Both the position numbers and the translations under genes were made by a program. This document shows positions 52,901 to 61,649 of a stretch of DNA of 64,000 nucleotides, in pieces (the stretch's first letter is position 1; each line of letters starts with the position of its first letter). Under the pieces are notes generated by a model, which was not told the DNA's origin, did not search any database, and saw only the letters and a list, made by a program, of their open reading frames with translations. The stretch is from a virus: IMG/VR virus record IMGVR_UViG_3300033141_005269, positions 13,416 through 77,415 of that record; one strand, 5' to 3'.

Positions 52901-54069
52901 TCTGGATGATGTTCAGATCGAAGGATGGGGAACTTCCCTACGTCTTGAGCAGAGGGGCGAAAACGGGTTGGATGCCACCAAAAGGAATCAGTGCTTTACC
53001 TCGAAAGATTCGAGAGCAAATACCAGAAGAGTTTAGGTATTGGGAAAAAGATAATCCGAAGAAGGTACGCGACGAGCTAGTTAAGGCGATTAAATCAAAA
53101 GAAATCACAATCGAGTTTGCGAGAGAAAATATGGAGTTTATGGCTAAACAGTATTGGTGGCGCGGGCAAGTTGTTATTCGAGGCGTACCGGAGTCTGAGT
53201 GGGTGTTTGTAATAAAGAAAAATGGGAAACCATATCGTGTCTTCATTTCATCTGATTATGATTTCAGCGAAGGCGAGAGTTTTGCTGTCGAGAAAAAGTC
53301 TGGATTGGAAGACGATCATTGGACGAAAGAGAGTGGAAGCTTACCTCCAGACCATCCTTTCAATCCGACGAAGGACTTAATGCGGTATTATAGAACGCTT
53401 GATAGTGGAAAAATCGAGATAATCGCAGAAAAACCAGATATAATCAGAATGGAATTGCATGGAAAAAAGCTCAAGGGCTTGTATGTTATAATGCGCGAAG
53501 ACCCACATAGTCAAATGTTTCATTTCAAACCTTCAGAATTACCGAAACCTAAAAAAGGGAGCAAAAAGAAGGAATTAGATAGAGCGGAGGAGAAACAAAT
53601 TATGAGTGAATTAGAGCCTGGAACCGTCTTTGTTAGGCAGAATGAAGAGACCGGGAAATGGGAGGTTGTTCGCGTTAGGAAGGACGGGGAACTGAAGGTA
53701 ATCAAAGGAGACTTCGAAACAAAAGAGGAGGCTCAGGCATTTTGTAATAAAACCAAGGGAGTGAAGCAAGAAATGGCGGAGAAAAAGAAGTATAGGGCTT
53801 GGAAAATGAAGAGCGGGAAATGGGCGATAGCAGAGGATACTGGGAAGACTGGATTCGGAAAATGGAAAGTTGTTGCTCAGGTCGATTCGGAAGACGAAGT
53901 TAAAAGCTGGGTTGAAAAGCGGAATGGGGAACTTGTAGAAATGGCGGTTTATAAGTACCCATACCCGTACAAATATCCTTACAAGTACCCATACGGATAC
54001 CCGTACCCATCGCCTTACAAATATGGCTATCCCGCGCCTTACAAATACCCGAAGACGAAGAAGAAGTAG
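49972..54069 (+). CDS. Polyprotein: metallo-beta-lactamase hydrolase + intein + two LigD 3'-phosphoesterase-like domains + small domains + Tyr/Pro repeat
   Basis: FLGTRG, THAHPDH, HS, GH, TH; RFVLQAH...HLDDR, IIDKGEVE, HGKLLNG; second LDSGKIE...LHGKKLKG. Confidence 0.8.
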   Translation: MPILHFLGTRGEIQETRSGHEKHSGLLIKYYKERILFDCGEPEFLKENPNYIFLTHAHPDHAAGLNGEKGEGTKIPVYCTEETRNLLEEAKVKVRYWREIKPQKTIKLGSFRITAFRVLHSIKAPAVCFKIEVGRKTFLYAPDVIKILDESAYDNVQVYIADGSSLDRDLIRKKNKKIFGHASLKSQITEIRKHKIPEMIITHWGKQLIEMRDEEIMKKLEDYSDGEVEIILAKDGMQIDYVNGIKFLSSKPHSVELIADIKTYDPMKLIRTERGKKVLADDHRICFPTGTPVMTDPDGFRPIEELSEKDRIIIGTERAQVLKKFERGYAGEIVRFRVAHLGWFEATPDHPILVTPLRDIGPRLVLGYTKRARDEKGRFKWIHEYPKIWRLTKELKANRYAVIIPLLEERKTAWPKEFFALAGWYLAEGFPANKTELRFSLALDEEDFAEEICGLAKKVYGCKAKWRKLEREIRVSIYSQRAVQEMVRLFGKGALQKRIPLGILQAERMKLQALLEKFEKGDGWNRGMYRSVATASGMLAYSLFLAYAKCGIVPSVHVRRQRKWSDRKLWTLSYYKNGKRKDYWIIENELYLPIRKVEWKEYSGQVYNIETSNGEYAVPFIVHNCHAWAKKLKEGKTLGGQFEGMPLEEQKRLIEEAHMKIVEAFEKLGWKHNTPLNFMEELTVFELAENVLTLYPPEDKHWRFVLQAHVRGTSVHLDDRNEITEKRLKGVTMNLIKSLLPDALRLFSSKKEVLSSLSENEERANGLKEEKKIKESIKFIREKLSSKTFGKFLEDVIKNDWFDKLSLALHPELKEEMSKRIDNMPFEKLKSVVLKRAPEVEEFFSDPNNKALCEQKLPEPIEWLFNDSPFTIPYDFEGDITYRLIGEKAHVIEMKRYDEHGKAIDLMEGEVPPGTVGATAELKGRFIIIDKGEVEYGAQKIYYQEWFKHGKLLNGKFNLRLLPRSKEWAKAGREHMVWMMFRSKDGELPYVLSRGAKTGWMPPKGISALPRKIREQIPEEFRYWEKDNPKKVRDELVKAIKSKEITIEFARENMEFMAKQYWWRGQVVIRGVPESEWVFVIKKNGKPYRVFISSDYDFSEGESFAVEKKSGLEDDHWTKESGSLPPDHPFNPTKDLMRYYRTLDSGKIEIIAEKPDIIRMELHGKKLKGLYVIMREDPHSQMFHFKPSELPKPKKGSKKKELDRAEEKQIMSELEPGTVFVRQNEETGKWEVVRVRKDGELKVIKGDFETKEEAQAFCNKTKGVKQEMAEKKKYRAWKMKSGKWAIAEDTGKTGFGKWKVVAQVDSEDEVKSWVEKRNGELVEMAVYKYPYPYKYPYKYPYGYPYPSPYKYGYPAPYKYPKTKKK
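50827..51843 (+). mobile_element. Intein with LAGLIDADG endonuclease (339 aa)
   Basis: I|CFPTGTPV, ATPDHP, LAGWYLAEG, KGDG, VYNIET...FIVHN|C; exteins rejoin as DDHRICHAW. Confidence 0.95.
53950..54051 (+). repeat. Tyr-Pro-Lys low-complexity repeat
   Basis: YKYPYPYKYPYKYPYGYPYPSPYKYGYPAPYKYP. Confidence 0.9.
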
Positions 54070-55149
54070 GTGAAGAATTTGATCGAGCTCTCATATGAAT
54101 CAGACTTCTCGTTTACGGAAGAAGTTAAACCTCTAATCATTCGAGGAGTCGCACTGAATGCTGGCATTATTCCGTCGAAGAAGTTAATCATTCCAGAAGA
54201 GGAACTCGATAACCTCGCGAAGACGCTTAAAGAAGGCGAAGATGGACACGGAGCGTATCTACTGCTCGATCATGATAAGCGGGTTGAAAATGTAATTGGG
54301 CGAGTTGTTGACGCTTGGGTCGAAGATGGAAAGAGGGTGGAGTTCGAGGCAACGTGTTATGATGATGTTTATGCAGACAAAATTCGAAATCACCTGATTT
54401 CATTTGTGAGTACTGGTTTAACGCTGGAACATGAAATTTGCTCCATATGTGGTCGGGAATACCTGACCGGCGGATGCAATCATAGACTTGGGCACGAGTA
54501 TGACGGGAAAACAGCATATATTATTGGGAAAGGTTTGCGTGGTAGAGAAATTTCATTGGTACTTTACCCGGCTGATCCCGGAGCTTCACTTGCAGTTGCA
54601 CTGAGTAGAGAGCTCGAAAAGATTGAGAAAAAGAAGGAAGAGCAGATTTTGAGCGAAGAGCTTAATAAGAACCAAAATAAAGAAATTAATAAAAAGAAAA
54701 ATGAGGGAGAGATAACAATGGTCGAGGTTGTTGAATTAACCGAAGAAGAAGTGTCACAGCATCCCTTCGTAGAGAACCTTTTGGCTCAATACGCTGAGCT
54801 CCAAGAAAAGGTGAAAACTCTTGAGGAAGAGAAAAAGGCACTTAACGAGAAAATCGAGGAATTATCCGCAAAGATCAAGGCTTATGAGGAAGCTGAGGCT
54901 AAGCGCAGGAAGGAACTTCATGATAACCTGGTTGCTGAACTGCTTGAGAAGAGGAAAGAAGCCGGCTTACCGGAGAAGAAAGCTGAGGAATATGAGAACT
55001 TCTCAGACGAGGCGATAAAGGAAATGATCGAAATGGTCGAAGCGACTAAGAAATCTAGCGGAGCGAAAGGTCATGTTAACTTTTCAAGCGAAGGCAAAAC
55101 TAAAGATGAACTGAAAGAAGAATTGAGAAAGAAACTTGGATGGGCGTGA
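54070..55149 (+). CDS. Prohead protease fused to scaffold (internal start likely at 54718)
   Basis: LLDHD...IGRV, VSTG, CSICG...CNH, EISLVLYPAD; acidic coiled-coil C-half with GGAG SD before MVEVVE. Confidence 0.85.
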   Translation: MKNLIELSYESDFSFTEEVKPLIIRGVALNAGIIPSKKLIIPEEELDNLAKTLKEGEDGHGAYLLLDHDKRVENVIGRVVDAWVEDGKRVEFEATCYDDVYADKIRNHLISFVSTGLTLEHEICSICGREYLTGGCNHRLGHEYDGKTAYIIGKGLRGREISLVLYPADPGASLAVALSRELEKIEKKKEEQILSEELNKNQNKEINKKKNEGEITMVEVVELTEEEVSQHPFVENLLAQYAELQEKVKTLEEEKKALNEKIEELSAKIKAYEEAEAKRRKELHDNLVAELLEKRKEAGLPEKKAEEYENFSDEAIKEMIEMVEATKKSSGAKGHVNFSSEGKTKDELKEELRKKLGWA

Positions 55150-55155
55150 TAAGAA

Positions 55156-55542
55156 ATGACAAGAATAGAAGTTGGAGAAGGAAATGTATGGTCATTTGAA
55201 GCTGGCGAAGATATAACCAGCGGTGTCGCCGTGACGATGTCTGGCGACGGAACCGTTGCGAAATGCCACTACGGAGAAAGGGCGCTTGGAGTTAGCTTGG
55301 TGCCGGCAAGCGAAGGCGACCAGGTCGCAGTTGCGCTTGAAGGCGTCGTGGACGTGCTCGTTACTGGAACTAATGCGGACGCTGGAGTACCGGTCGTTGT
55401 ATCAAACGGTGCCGCTTTTGGTGGGGTAATTTACCCAACTGTCAGCGGAACGGATGAAATACTCGAGCAAGATTTAAGACTTGGAATACCCTTAGAAGAT
55501 ATAACTGCTGGATCAACTGGAAAGATAAGATTGACATTGTAG
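55156..55542 (+). CDS. Capsid cement/decoration protein (DUF2190-like)
   Basis: AGEDITSG, ALGV, GDQVAV..EGVV, LGIPLED; lies just upstream of the capsid gene. Confidence 0.75.
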   Translation: MTRIEVGEGNVWSFEAGEDITSGVAVTMSGDGTVAKCHYGERALGVSLVPASEGDQVAVALEGVVDVLVTGTNADAGVPVVVSNGAAFGGVIYPTVSGTDEILEQDLRLGIPLEDITAGSTGKIRLTL

Positions 55543-55546
55543 AGGT

Positions 55547-56362
55547 GTGAATGAAATGACCCTTACATCAGCAGAAGCGGCATTAATTGCGGAAGTTATT
55601 TACGATGAGATAGTTGAGACTAAAGAGGCGGAAGCAGTCGGACGCCAGATACTTCCTGTTGTGAAGATGGATTCTGGCGACTCTGTGAAAATCGTGAAAG
55701 AAGGATCATGGCCCGCTGCAGTTGAGGTCGGAGAATCAGCTGAAGTTCCAATACTTCAACCAGACTACACCGAGACAACTGCTACATACAAGAAGATCGG
55801 TTATAGAACACAGATAACTCATGAAATGGTTGCAGACTCACGCTGGGACCTTGTGCGAAGACAAGCCAGAAAAGCTGGCGAGCAAATTGCTCTTAAAGAG
55901 ACTTTGGATATAATCGAGGAACTAAAGGCGAACAAGGGAATTACTTTCCAGATAACCGGAGCTTGGGGCGGAGCGAACGCTGACGAGATCGGCGATATAA
56001 GCGAAATGATCGGAAAAGTTCGAGCTGCTAATTATCTTCCGGATATACTGGTTTGCAACCCGCTTGACTACGGCAAACTCGCTGGACTTGATGAATTCGT
56101 TCACAAGGAGAAAGGCGGAGACATTTCCAAATACGACGTCGGAACTATCCTCGGTTTGAAAGTTATTCCAACTCCGCAGATAAGCGAAGGCCACGTCCTT
56201 ATTCTGGATTCGGACCAGGCTGGAGCTTTGTTCCTTAGGGAAGATTTGCGGAGTGAGGATTACGTCGAGGAAGTAAGGGATCTGCAAGGACAAGTCTTCT
56301 TCGAAAGGTATGTGCCCGCTGTACTAGCACCTTCCGCTATATGCTTCGCGTCGACGTACTAA
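55547..56362 (+). CDS. Major capsid protein (HK97 fold)
   Basis: EVGESAEVP, YKKIG...ITHEMVADS, LVCNP, GTILGLKVI. Confidence 0.88.
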   Translation: MNEMTLTSAEAALIAEVIYDEIVETKEAEAVGRQILPVVKMDSGDSVKIVKEGSWPAAVEVGESAEVPILQPDYTETTATYKKIGYRTQITHEMVADSRWDLVRRQARKAGEQIALKETLDIIEELKANKGITFQITGAWGGANADEIGDISEMIGKVRAANYLPDILVCNPLDYGKLAGLDEFVHKEKGGDISKYDVGTILGLKVIPTPQISEGHVLILDSDQAGALFLREDLRSEDYVEEVRDLQGQVFFERYVPAVLAPSAICFASTY

Positions 56363-56372
56363 GCCCTTGTAG

Positions 56373-56410
56373 CTTAGTCAGACGCTAAGCAACCAATACC
56401 CTTATTTTTT
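56373..56410 (+). terminator. Hairpin plus T-tract after the capsid gene
   Basis: GCTTAG-TCAGACG-CTAAGC followed by TTATTTTTT. Confidence 0.45.
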
Positions 56411-56435
56411 CGAATAGTTTTAATTATGATGGTGA

Positions 56436-56852
56436 GTGGAAACTATGGGAGATTATACATCCATTAGTTTTGTACGAAGCGCGACTGGTATTTCTGAGGA
56501 TACACTTTCGAGTGGAGTAATGGCGTTTTGTGTTAGTCGCGGCGAAGCTTTAATGAAGAAGTTTTTAGGGACCGCTCCGGCAAGCGGAGCAAACTTGGAG
56601 ATGTGGGCGAGAGACGCAGCAACAAATTTCGCTGCGTATTATGCTATGCAAAGGCTCGCTGGCGAACATGCTCCGCTTTACTATTATACTCGAGACGTGA
56701 CATTAGATCGCGGATCGGAGTTTATGGGACGAAGTTTAATGGCTGAGTATTATTATGAAGCAGGAAAAAGGATTTGCGATATGGAAGGGCGTAAGATAAT
56801 TTTCGATTTAGCTGAACCTTCCAACGGAAACGCTGAAAGTGCGGAAAATTAA
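56436..56852 (+). CDS. Putative head-tail adaptor
   Basis: YTSISFVRS N-terminus; helical; position after the capsid gene. Confidence 0.55.
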   Translation: METMGDYTSISFVRSATGISEDTLSSGVMAFCVSRGEALMKKFLGTAPASGANLEMWARDAATNFAAYYAMQRLAGEHAPLYYYTRDVTLDRGSEFMGRSLMAEYYYEAGKRICDMEGRKIIFDLAEPSNGNAESAEN

Positions 56853-56891
56853 ATAAGTTGAGGAGATAAGAAATAAACAGGAGGGAAATAA

Positions 56892-57404
56892 ATGTCAAGA
56901 GTTTACTCACATAGGAACCGAAGTCTAAATGTCGAACAAACTTTCAAAAATAAGATAGTCGCTGGTGAAGCTTTTTCAGCATCGCATAGATTTGAGAGCG
57001 TAGCTCCGGACAGTGGAGTTCGAATATTATTTTTAAACCCAAGCAACTCGCAGAAAAATGCTGAAATAAAAGCGATTGAAACATCGTCATTCGGTCAATC
57101 ATGGATTGATATTTATCGACACACTGACGCGAGTGGAGGATCCGATGTTCCAATACTAAACTTGCACCTCGGAAAGAGTAATAATTCGTCAATGACCGTG
57201 AAACAAGGAGTGACTTATACAAGCGGCTCGTTATCACACCAAACAGTTGTGGGCGGTGGTTCGCATGTCCGAGCTATTGGCGGATTAGCAGAAGTTGGAG
57301 AAGAAGTAATAGTTACTCCGGGAGATCATCTCTTAATTGAAAGCAAAAACAAAAGCGCGTCAGCGACTGATATGAGCTTTCGAATCATTTGGAGCGAAGA
57401 GTAA
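56892..57404 (+). CDS. Hypothetical virion-module protein
   Basis: Clear ORF with SD inside the morphogenesis operon. Confidence 0.5.
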   Translation: MSRVYSHRNRSLNVEQTFKNKIVAGEAFSASHRFESVAPDSGVRILFLNPSNSQKNAEIKAIETSSFGQSWIDIYRHTDASGGSDVPILNLHLGKSNNSSMTVKQGVTYTSGSLSHQTVVGGGSHVRAIGGLAEVGEEVIVTPGDHLLIESKNKSASATDMSFRIIWSEE

Positions 57405-57844
57405 TGGGCATAAAGTTTTCAGTGGAACTCGAGGGTTGGGAGAAATTAATCGCCGAATTACCAAAAACTTCGATTAAAGCTTATAGAGCATTGGATAAAG
57501 TATTAGGCGAATGGGCAGTAACGCTTTGGGCTTACTGTAAGCAAAATCATCCTTGGAAAAGTCGAACTGGAAGGCTAATGAAGAGTCATTACTATCAGAA
57601 AAATTCTGGTAATTGGAAAACGATGGAACCTATTGAGTGGGAAGTTGGTGCTGATACGCGACGCAATGGTACCAGTAAAAATTATGCTATGTTTTTGGAA
57701 TTCGGATGGATGCATTATAAGACTGGGAAATTTTTAATGTTTCCATGGTTTAGACCCGCACTCGAGAAATTTAGAATGGAAATTTGGAAGCAGGCTTATG
57801 AAAGCGTGGTAAGAGAAGCTGCTGTTAAAGGGACTTGGGGTTAA
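57404..57844 (+). CDS. HK97 gp10-like tail completion/neck protein
   Basis: PWKSRTGRL, YAMFLEFG, PWFRPALE. Confidence 0.8.
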   Translation: MGIKFSVELEGWEKLIAELPKTSIKAYRALDKVLGEWAVTLWAYCKQNHPWKSRTGRLMKSHYYQKNSGNWKTMEPIEWEVGADTRRNGTSKNYAMFLEFGWMHYKTGKFLMFPWFRPALEKFRMEIWKQAYESVVREAAVKGTWG

Positions 57845-57941
57845 GTTAATCTACTCGATCAAATTGACTTGGATGAATTGAATTGAAAAAGTCAAGACAG
57901 ATGATCCAGATTCGGCCAACAATAATCGGGGGTGCTTAAAA

Positions 57942-58376
57942 TTGGATATTGATGAAGGACTCGAAATAGTAACGCGCTGTTTGAGAATGAATGTCATAGA
58001 TCCGGAGATCAGATCATCTGGGTCTTATTGGATAGATAACGATTGGATCGATGAACGGCTGAGGAAATATCGCTGGCCGCAAATTTCTGTTTTTCATGTT
58101 GGGTCGAGTAGTGAAGAAGCGCGGAAAGGGTATGTTGTTTATTATCCTTTGCTTCAAATAGATGTTTTCGCGAGTGGGAAAGCACAGAAAAATGAACTCT
58201 CGAAAGAAGTAAAGAAAGTTTTGCTTCAAGATTATCGCGAGACACTCAAGGCTTCTGGAGTTAATATTCTTGGACTAACGGGAGAAAATGACGTAATAGA
58301 AGACGAGCGCTTACCAATGAAGGCCTATCGCAAAACATTATCTTTTCGTGCTATGCTTTATTCCTCGGGAAGTTGA
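57942..58376 (+). CDS. Putative tail terminator
   Basis: WPQISV, LQIDVFA, YRKTLSF; position in the operon. Confidence 0.6.
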   Translation: MDIDEGLEIVTRCLRMNVIDPEIRSSGSYWIDNDWIDERLRKYRWPQISVFHVGSSSEEARKGYVVYYPLLQIDVFASGKAQKNELSKEVKKVLLQDYRETLKASGVNILGLTGENDVIEDERLPMKAYRKTLSFRAMLYSSGS

Positions 58377-58427
58377 AAACAATAAATTTATAAAATTGTA
58401 TTCGAGATAATAGTCTTAGTGGTAAGT

Positions 58428-58565
58428 ATGAAAACCATAGCAATTACTGATGAGCAGCATAAAAAGCTGGTCTATCTGAAAATCAGATGGGATAAACCTA
58501 GCATCCGTGAAACACTCGAGGAAATGATAAAGTTTTATGCAAGTGGAATAAAAGAGTGGGAATGA
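58428..58565 (+). CDS. Small RHH/antitoxin-like regulator (45 aa, not in ORF track)
   Basis: MKTIAITDEQHKKLVYLK...SIRETLEEMI; TATA TTTATAAA at 58387. Confidence 0.6.
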   Translation: MKTIAITDEQHKKLVYLKIRWDKPSIRETLEEMIKFYASGIKEWE

Positions 58566-58566
58566 C

Positions 58567-59751
58567 TTGAAACTGCTTGTAATGGCGGATAGCTGGCATA
58601 CGATCAGTGGTTTCGCTACTGCAATGCGCGGGCTAGCTGATGGGCTTGGGAAAGTTGGTCATGAAGTAGGTTATCTCGGATGGCAAACCTTTGGTCAGCC
58701 CATGGGACCACCGGTTTATTTCCATAACCGGAAATTACATTTTGAAGCATTACCAAATACTGGCGGATCGCAGTTTGGACAGCGAGCCTTGCCTTATTGG
58801 ATCGCGAAAAAGCAACCCGATGCGATAATCACACTTGGCGACTTCTGGATGCTATCTTGGATGTGGAAAAGCGATATCCCACAAACTTGGGTTTACTGGT
58901 ATCCGATTGACGGTGTGCCAATAACAGATGATATTAAGCGAATGCTTCGAAGAATTGATATTCCAGTTTGCTTTTCCAAATTCGGTCATAACCTAAGCAC
59001 GGAAGCTGGGATAAGAAATTATTATATCCCGCATGGGGTGAACACAAAAATTTTCAAACCATTGAGTGGAGAAGAAAAGCGCGAAGCAAAGATCGAATAT
59101 GGACTGCCACCCGACAAGAAAGTGATAATTCGAATTGATCGTAATCAGAGACGGAAGAAATTACCACAAACACTTCAAGCATTTAAGATATTCCATAAAT
59201 GGTTTCCGGATACTGTACTGTACTTGCATATGGATAAGCGAGATCGCGAAGGATGGGACTTACAATTTATCGCTGAGAAGCGCCTTGGATTGAAGGTTGG
59301 AAAAGATGTATTTTTCCCTCCGCCAAGTAAAATGCGTGACTTCATGCTCGGGGTTGGTGAAGAGGAACTCAATAGGGTTTACAACATGGGCTGGGTGCAT
59401 GATCGTTTAACTGGAGGCGAGGGATTTGGCCTGACAAGTTTACAGAGCATGTCGGCTGGAATACCTTGTGTTGGAACAAATTATACGACAAGCGAAGAAT
59501 TATTCGGAGATTGCGGATTGCTTGTGAAAGTTCAGTTTTGGGAAATTGGCGGAGCTGGAGTTGATCGCGCATGGGCAGATCCGGAAGATGCGGCGGCTAA
59601 ATTCAAGGAGTTATATGAAAACCCTGATTTGTATGATAAATTCAGTAAACGAGCCGTCGAGAAAGCTCGAAACGAATATGATTGGGAGAAAGCCGTGATA
59701 CCAGCTTTTGATAAATTACTTCGAGAACTTGTGCCGGAGTTGAGGAAATGA
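58567..59751 (+). CDS. GT-B (GT4-like) glycosyltransferase
   Basis: SGFAT, IPHGVN, RNQRRK, GEGFGL...SAGIP. Confidence 0.9.
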   Translation: MKLLVMADSWHTISGFATAMRGLADGLGKVGHEVGYLGWQTFGQPMGPPVYFHNRKLHFEALPNTGGSQFGQRALPYWIAKKQPDAIITLGDFWMLSWMWKSDIPQTWVYWYPIDGVPITDDIKRMLRRIDIPVCFSKFGHNLSTEAGIRNYYIPHGVNTKIFKPLSGEEKREAKIEYGLPPDKKVIIRIDRNQRRKKLPQTLQAFKIFHKWFPDTVLYLHMDKRDREGWDLQFIAEKRLGLKVGKDVFFPPPSKMRDFMLGVGEEELNRVYNMGWVHDRLTGGEGFGLTSLQSMSAGIPCVGTNYTTSEELFGDCGLLVKVQFWEIGGAGVDRAWADPEDAAAKFKELYENPDLYDKFSKRAVEKARNEYDWEKAVIPAFDKLLRELVPELRK

Positions 59752-60890
59752 ATATTCTGCTTGTAAACCCATATAGAAGAGCTGGTGGTGCTGAAGTTCG
59801 GCAACGTTTATTACTCGAAGAGTTCCAAAAGCATCCAGCGATCGATGCTATTCATTTTTTGTATTTAGGTGAGCCGAAACATAAACAAGAAGGCAAAATA
59901 CATTTCTGGCAGACAACTCGAGGAATGATTCCTAAAATAACTGGGAAGATAATCAAGAAATTTAAAATCGAGATAATGCAGCAACATAATTTCCAAGAAA
60001 TTGGAACAAAAGCTGTTATAATTGCGAAGAAAATGAATATACCGGTTATCTATGTAGCTCATGACTATAGAGCGCTTTGTCCACAACATTTTATGATGGA
60101 TGTGTTTCACGGCATTGACTCTGAGATTTGTTATGAGATAGATTTCGATAAATGCTCCCGTTGTGTTGGGTGGTATAATACATGGCTAACTGGACAGTAT
60201 AGAAACGATTTGCAAGAGTGTGATGTCGGAGTAGCCGCGAGTAAACGAATGATAGATATTTTCGAGAGAAATGATTTTTTGGTTGGAAAATGGGAAGTTA
60301 TAACTCCTTGGGTAGATATAAAGAATTTCTATCCGGAACCCAACGTATCGAAGAAATTACAGTGTTGCACGATAAACAACTACATACCGCACAAGGGCGC
60401 GTGGGTGGTTGCTAAAGCATGGAAAATAGTTTCGAAAAGACTGCCACAAGCTCATCTCATAATGCAAGGCGACCAACGCTGGTTACCACAACTCGGCCAA
60501 ATGTTGAGGTATTACAAACTACGAAATGTTGCTTTATTGTCTCGAATGAAACTTGAAGACTTAAGGAGATTATACACTCAATCGTGGTTTACTATAGTCG
60601 CTAGTATTTGGGAAGCAACTTTCGAATTAATTCGAGGAGAGAGTTTATGTTGTGGCACGCCAGTAATCGCGAGTCGAATAGGAAGTATACCGGAGACAAG
60701 TAAATTCGGGCATGTTTTATTTGAGCCGAGAAATTATAAAGAATTAGCGGATTGCATGATTGATTTATTCATGGATAAAGTTGAAGCTGAAAAACTCGCT
60801 CGCGAAGGAATGAAATGGGCACGTGAGGAGCTTAACCCCACAAGAGCGGCTGAGGAATTTATAAATTTATATACGAGGTTAATTGAATAG
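59748..60890 (+). CDS. GT4 glycosyltransferase
   Basis: GGAE, HDY, HKG, SIWEATF...ESLCCGTPVIAS. Confidence 0.9.
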   Translation: MNILLVNPYRRAGGAEVRQRLLLEEFQKHPAIDAIHFLYLGEPKHKQEGKIHFWQTTRGMIPKITGKIIKKFKIEIMQQHNFQEIGTKAVIIAKKMNIPVIYVAHDYRALCPQHFMMDVFHGIDSEICYEIDFDKCSRCVGWYNTWLTGQYRNDLQECDVGVAASKRMIDIFERNDFLVGKWEVITPWVDIKNFYPEPNVSKKLQCCTINNYIPHKGAWVVAKAWKIVSKRLPQAHLIMQGDQRWLPQLGQMLRYYKLRNVALLSRMKLEDLRRLYTQSWFTIVASIWEATFELIRGESLCCGTPVIASRIGSIPETSKFGHVLFEPRNYKELADCMIDLFMDKVEAEKLAREGMKWAREELNPTRAAEEFINLYTRLIE

Positions 60891-61649
60891 CGGGTTGATG
60901 GAGATGACTGTTGAAATGAAAAAGGAAGAAATCCTGAAAAGAGTGAAACAGCTCGCGAAGGATATTGAGGAGGACAAATTTCAAGGTATAATTATCCATT
61001 CGAGTGAAAGCGAAAGTTGGTGTGGATGGAGATCATGTCTCAAGGAAGATGTAATAATTGCTTCTGATTTACTAATGACGAGTTTGAAAAGTGTGCCAGA
61101 CGAAGTGATGCGTAATTCGATACTGCTTGAAGTTTACAATCATTGGTTGAATTATTTCTCCGAGGTTTATGGCATAAATCAAAGGAGTGACGAAAATCCG
61201 TTATTGGTGTGATAAGAATGGAAGATAAACTCAAAGAATTTTTGAGGAATAAGACCGGGAAGCCGATTATAGCGATTTGCTATCGTTTGGAAGAGTCAAG
61301 CTATAAGAAAAACCCTGGACTTGCGAACATGCGAGCTAAGGAAGCGGTACAGAATAGAGCCTTGAGAGCCGGGAAATCGATTGAAGAAATCAAGATAGAG
61401 ACACTAGAACTCGATGGGTTTGTTTATGTGAAAGGATGGGCAGCGGTGGAATAAATGGACAAAATAGAAAAAATCGCTTATGCATTGAAAGGATACGAAA
61501 TATGCGATGATTGCGGCAAAGTAGTAAGAAAGACCATGAGACACCCCGATGATTACATGTTTCCTCGTCGTCGAATATGTTTGGATTGTTACCTGAAGCA
61601 CACATTGATTACTGAAGCCATGATATGGAAAAGAAAATTAATCTGAGGT

